DNA of 42,138 nucleotides from a virus (Duplodnaviria; Heunggongvirae; Uroviricota; Caudoviricetes): IMG/VR virus record IMGVR_UViG_2737471818_000002, positions 1 to 42,138 of that record; one strand, 5' to 3'. Shown piece by piece: positions 38,828 to 42,138 of this stretch (position 1 is its first letter; each line of letters starts with the position of its first letter). The notes under the pieces were generated by a model. It saw only the letters and a program-made list of their open reading frames with translations, ran no database searches and was not told where the DNA came from. The position numbers and the translations under genes were made by a program.

Positions 38828-39621
38828 TTAATCGAATCAAGCTGGAGCACATCCTCGAGTATGCCAGACAGCAGAGGCATATTGGCCAGCATTGTAAAAT
38901 TCCACCAGAAGATATGGTTGAAATCGTGGAAATGGCCATGCGTAAGGCTGGCAACTCTCCGGTAACCCCGGCTCGCCTGCCTGGTGGTTTCACCATTGAG
39001 GATGCGAAGGAATTACATGAAGACCTGGTTCGCAGTCACATAAGCCAGGCTTTAAGTGGTGAAAAGATGAAAAAGAACGATCGCGATGCTGATTTGCGCT
39101 GGATTCATGGCGTAATAGTTCAGGCAGCGTGGTTTGTAAAGGCATCACTGGAGCAGAATGCACTATCGGGCAACTCTCCGGTAATTCCTGGTGAGGTGTT
39201 GTCCGCAATCCGGGAGGTTGCCAGGATTCGTGCCGATTTCGATGATTTTGACGGTGACAGGCGAGGTATCGGTGATTGTCTGGATGAGGCTGAGCAAGAG
39301 CTTATCGTTACCATTAACAAATATGCCAGTCAGTTGGCAGCAGAACCTATAGCGCCTAATGACGTTCGAGAGCAGACAGCCATTCCACAAGTTCCGGTAA
39401 CTCCGGATGGTTGGATAAGCTGTAGTGATCGAATGCCGGAAGACACCAAAATGTTACTGGCATTTAGTCAAGGTCAAATAGTGGCAGCATATTGGAACTG
39501 GGTAATGAGTCCAATTGATTACAAAAAATATAGAGCTTTCACATATTTATCAGGAAATATCTTGGATGACGTAACCCACTGGATGACGCTGCCAGAACCG
39601 CCGGAGCAGGATGGTGAATGA
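38824..39621 (+). CDS. DUF551 domain-containing protein
   Basis: 265-aa ORF; C-terminal WISCSDRMPE...THWMTLPEPP matches the DUF551 signature. Confidence 0.6.
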   Translation: MINRIKLEHILEYARQQRHIGQHCKIPPEDMVEIVEMAMRKAGNSPVTPARLPGGFTIEDAKELHEDLVRSHISQALSGEKMKKNDRDADLRWIHGVIVQAAWFVKASLEQNALSGNSPVIPGEVLSAIREVARIRADFDDFDGDRRGIGDCLDEAEQELIVTINKYASQLAAEPIAPNDVREQTAIPQVPVTPDGWISCSDRMPEDTKMLLAFSQGQIVAAYWNWVMSPIDYKKYRAFTYLSGNILDDVTHWMTLPEPPEQDGE

Positions 39622-39707
39622 TGCCGCCAGTTAAAGTTGTGATTATCACTTTGGTGATAATAGTGATTGCGAGAATCATGTCTGGTGAAATTGGGTGGAT
39701 ATGGTAA
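39618..39707 (+). CDS. Small hydrophobic peptide (29 aa), translationally coupled to the DUF551 gene
   Basis: ATGA start/stop overlap; MMPPVKVVIITLVIIVIARIMSGEIGWIW is a single predicted TM helix. Confidence 0.3.
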   Translation: MMPPVKVVIITLVIIVIARIMSGEIGWIW

Positions 39708-39738
39708 TGGCTAAGGCAGCAGCAGAGCGCAACTAACA

Positions 39739-39797
39739 ATCCTCGCACTCGCGGGGATTTCTTTTATCTGAACTCGCTACGGCGAGTTTTGTTTTAT
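39739..39797 (+). terminator. Tandem intrinsic terminators at the distal end of the early-left operon
   Basis: Hairpin ATCCTCGC-ACTC-GCGGGGAT plus T-run (39739-39766) and hairpin AACTCGC-TACG-GCGAGTT plus T-run (39771-39796). Confidence 0.5.
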
Positions 39798-39807
39798 GGA
39801 GATGATT

Positions 39808-40014
39808 ATGATTTTAACAATTAAGCAAATTCACGAATTGGCAATTTTTGCAGGCATGTCATGCAACACACCTGAAGAAGCTCAGGTGGAAGCTGAAACA
39901 GAAATCACGATAGATTCTGGTGATATTCATGATGAGGTGGGATGTGTGATTTATTCAGGTCTACGTGCTCATATTACTGAATACCCTGAAGAGGGGTACA
40001 TCGCATTGGAATAG
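39808..40014 (+). CDS. Hypothetical small acidic protein
   Basis: 68 aa from ATG at 39808 with GGAG RBS just after the tandem terminators. Confidence 0.4.
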   Translation: MILTIKQIHELAIFAGMSCNTPEEAQVEAETEITIDSGDIHDEVGCVIYSGLRAHITEYPEEGYIALE

Positions 40015-40028
40015 CTACCGGAGTAACC

Positions 40029-40124
40029 ATGGAATCACACAGCCTCACACTCGATGAGGCCTGTTCATTTCTCAAGATATCCAGACATACCATCGCCGCA
40101 TCAATGCGGTTTTTTATTGCCTGA
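40029..40124 (+). pseudogene. Short ORF resembling the N-terminus of an excisionase-family HTH protein, apparently truncated
   Basis: 31 codons; LTLDEACSFLKISRHTI resembles the first helices of Xis/AlpA-type HTH domains, then loses similarity and stops inside the terminator hairpin. Confidence 0.3.
40096..40116 (+). terminator. Intrinsic terminator just left of the first tRNA-derived repeat
   Basis: CCGCA-TCAA-TGCGG hairpin followed by six T. Confidence 0.5.
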
Positions 40125-40125
40125 T

Positions 40126-40141
40126 TTGCAGGTTCGATTCC
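40126..40141 (+). repeat. Direct repeat of the argW variable-loop/T-arm segment (TTGCAGGTTCGATTCC), proximal half of the att core
   Basis: 16-bp exact match to tRNA positions 1053-1068. Confidence 0.6.
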
Positions 40142-40160
40142 CTATTCGGAGATAGCACTC

Positions 40161-40361
40161 ATGCAACACGAACTACAGCCTGATTCACTGGTTGATTTGA
40201 AATTCATCATGGCCGATACTGGCTTCGGTAAAACCTTCATCTATGACCGGATTAAGTCCGGCGACCTGCCAAAAGCCAAAGTTATCCACGGGCGAGCAAG
40301 ATGGTTATATCGTGACCATTGTGAATTCAAAAATAAGCTCTTAAGCCGCGCCAATGGGTAA
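40161..40361 (+). CDS. AlpA/Vis-family DNA-binding protein (candidate excisionase or regulator)
   Basis: 66-aa ORF; pattern LVDLKFIMADTGFGKTFIYDRIKSGDLPKAK...GRARWLYRD fits the AlpA (MerR-like HTH) family; lies between the two tRNA-derived repeats. Confidence 0.55.
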   Translation: MQHELQPDSLVDLKFIMADTGFGKTFIYDRIKSGDLPKAKVIHGRARWLYRDHCEFKNKLLSRANG

Positions 40362-40434
40362 AATAGCGGGTAAAATATTTCTCACATCTAAAAAATACCA
40401 TTCCAATCAATCCCCTGCCGCTTCAAGTAGATGT

Positions 40435-40449
40435 CTGCAGGGGACACCA
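40435..40449 (+). repeat. Direct repeat of the argW 3' terminus (CTGCAGGGGACACCA), distal half of the att core and likely attR boundary
   Basis: 15-bp exact match to tRNA positions 1069-1083 including CCA. Confidence 0.6.
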
Positions 40450-40890
40450 GATACCCTTCAAACGAAATCTACCTTCACCCCGTAAAAGATGGGTTTGGCA
40501 GCACACTTGCCTTATATCTACTCATTTTTACTGCAACAGGTTGAAATCTCAGCACTGTCAGAAAGCGCTGATGACTAAACAGCCCTGAGCCGGGCGATGT
40601 AACCATCACACAGAATCCTGATAGCGAAATATGGCGTGACTCGATACTTCACTCCGCAATGCATTCCTTGATGAATTCGCAGGACCGTGATACACGGGAC
40701 AGGTCACTGAATGACGACAATGTCCTGGAAATCAGCGAACCGCGCATCTGAAGTACATTTGAGCGACTGTACCAGAACATGAATGAGGCGTTTGGATTAG
40801 GCGATTATTAGCAGGGCTAAGCATTTTACTATTATTATTTTCCGGTTGAGGGATATAGAGCTATCGACAACAACCGGAAAAAGTTTACGT

Positions 40891-42138
40891 CTATATTGCT
40901 GAAGGTACAGGCGTTTCCATAACTATTTGCTCGCGTTTTTTACTCAAGAAGAAAATGCCAAATAGCAACATCAGGCAGACAATACCCGAAATTGCGAAGA
41001 AAACTGTCTGGTAGCCTGCGTGGTCAAAGAGTATCCCAGTCGGCGTTGAAAGCAGCACAATCCCAAGCGAACTGGCAATTTGAAAACCAATCAGAAAGAT
41101 CGTCGACGACAGGCGCTTATCAAAGTTTGCCACGCTGTATTTGAAGACGGATATGACACAAAGTGGAACCTCAATGGCATGTAACAACTTCACTAATGAA
41201 ATAATCCAGGGGTTAACGAACAGCGCGCAGGAAAGGATACGCAACGCCATAATCACAACTCCGATAAGTAATGCATTTTTTGGCCCTACCCGATTCACAA
41301 AGAAAGGAATAATCGCCATGCACAGCGCTTCGAGTACCACCTGGAATGAGTTGAGATAACCATACAGGCGCGTTCCTACATCGTGTGATTCGAATAAACC
41401 TGCATAAAAGACAGGAAAAAGTTGTTGATCAAAAATGTTATAGAAAGACCACGTCCCCACAATAAATATGACGAAAACCCAGAAGTTTCGATCCTTGAAA
41501 ACTGCGATAAAATCCTCTTTTTTTACCCCTCCCGCATCTGCCGCTACGCACTGGTGATCCTTATCTTTAAAACGCATGTTGATCATCATAAATACAGCGC
41601 CAAATAGCGAGACCAACCAGAAGTTGATATGGGGACTGATACTAAAAAATATGCCGGCAAAGAACGCGCCAATAGCATAGCCAAAAGATCCCCAGGCGCG
41701 CGCTGTTCCATATTCGAAATGAAAATTTCGCGCCATTTTTTCGGTGAAGCTATCAAGCAAACCGCATCCCGCCAGATACCCCAAGCCAAAAAATAGCGCC
41801 CCCAGAATTAGACCTACAGAAAAATTGCTTTGCAGTAACGGTTCATAAACGTAAATCATAAACGGTCCGGTCAAGACCAGGATGAAACTCATACACCAGA
41901 TGAGCGGTTTCTTCAGACCGAGTTTATCCTGAACGATGCCGTAGAACATCATAAATAGAATGCTGGTAAACTGGTTGACCGAATAAAGTGTACCTAATTC
42001 CGTCCCTGTCAACCCTAGATGTCCTTTCAGCCAAATAGCGTATAACGACCACCACAGCGACCAGGAAATAAAAAAGAGAAATGAGTAACTGGATGCAAAA
42101 CGATAGTACGCATTTCTGAATGGAATATTCAGTGCCAT
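40891..42138 (-). CDS. cscB: Sucrose:H+ symporter, LacY-family MFS permease
   Basis: Complete 415-aa ORF starting at the last bases of the window; 12-TM oligosaccharide:H+ symporter architecture; recalled CscB length and csc linkage to argW. Confidence 0.75.
   Translation of the reverse strand: MALNIPFRNAYYRFASSYSFLFFISWSLWWSLYAIWLKGHLGLTGTELGTLYSVNQFTSILFMMFYGIVQDKLGLKKPLIWCMSFILVLTGPFMIYVYEPLLQSNFSVGLILGALFFGLGYLAGCGLLDSFTEKMARNFHFEYGTARAWGSFGYAIGAFFAGIFFSISPHINFWLVSLFGAVFMMINMRFKDKDHQCVAADAGGVKKEDFIAVFKDRNFWVFVIFIVGTWSFYNIFDQQLFPVFYAGLFESHDVGTRLYGYLNSFQVVLEALCMAIIPFFVNRVGPKNALLIGVVIMALRILSCALFVNPWIISLVKLLHAIEVPLCVISVFKYSVANFDKRLSSTIFLIGFQIASSLGIVLLSTPTGILFDHAGYQTVFFAISGIVCLMLLFGIFFLSKKREQIVMETPVPSAI

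Larger units (their letters stand above)
1054..40449. mobile_element. P22/Sf6-like lambdoid prophage (about 39 kb) integrated in argW; left end within the tRNA 3' end, right end at a tRNA-derived direct repeat
   Basis: Integrase next to tRNA; complete P22-type structural, lysis, replication and immunity gene set; 15-16 bp repeats of the tRNA 3' end at 40126-40141 and 40435-40449. Confidence 0.8.

Noticed and set aside
1-42138. Search for transposases, IS elements, toxin-antitoxin pairs, reverse transcriptases or nucleotidyltransferase-type defence genes
   Set aside because: No ORF in the window shows DDE transposase, RT, cyclase or classical TA signatures on inspection; the accessory candidates are limited to the unassigned morons listed in the findings.

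Overview
The window is an Escherichia/Shigella-type chromosomal segment: yfdC and tRNA-Arg(CCU) argW on the left, the sucrose permease gene cscB on the right, and between them a roughly 39 kb P22/Sf6-like lambdoid prophage integrated into the 3' end of argW. All calls rest on reading the sequence and ORF translations and on recalled protein families; no database search was run, so coordinates of small sites are approximate. Left to right the prophage carries a P4/IntS-family integrase next to the tRNA, an O-antigen glucosylation operon gtrA-gtrB-gtrC (gtrC is AT-rich and divergent), then a convergent minus-strand late block: tailspike, three ejection proteins, tail needle, hub and adaptor, coat, scaffold, portal and terminase. 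This is followed by a lambda-type lysis cassette (S, R, Rz/Rz1), a QuuD-like Q antiterminator with a candidate late promoter and terminator, a nin region (NinB/D/F/H, RusA, YbcO-like, an orphan C5 cytosine methyltransferase), a DnaB-like helicase and an O-like initiator containing ori iterons. The immunity region is P22-like (C1/cII, Cro, C2 repressor, three operators on each side, matching nutL/nutR boxA-boxB). The plus-strand early-left operon encodes N, cIII, Kil, Erf, an SSB-like protein, Ead/Ea22 and DUF551 proteins. The best candidates for undescribed accessory or defence functions are (1) an AT-rich two-gene module directly after N, in the sieB/ral position; (2) a cluster between the last ejection gene and the tailspike with a YjzC-like protein, an HExxH protein and a lipoprotein; (3) an AT-rich membrane-protein gene in the nin region. 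The right end is unusual: the tRNA-derived attachment core is split into two halves about 293 bp apart, flanking an AlpA/Xis-like gene. No CRISPR array, transposase or IS element was seen.
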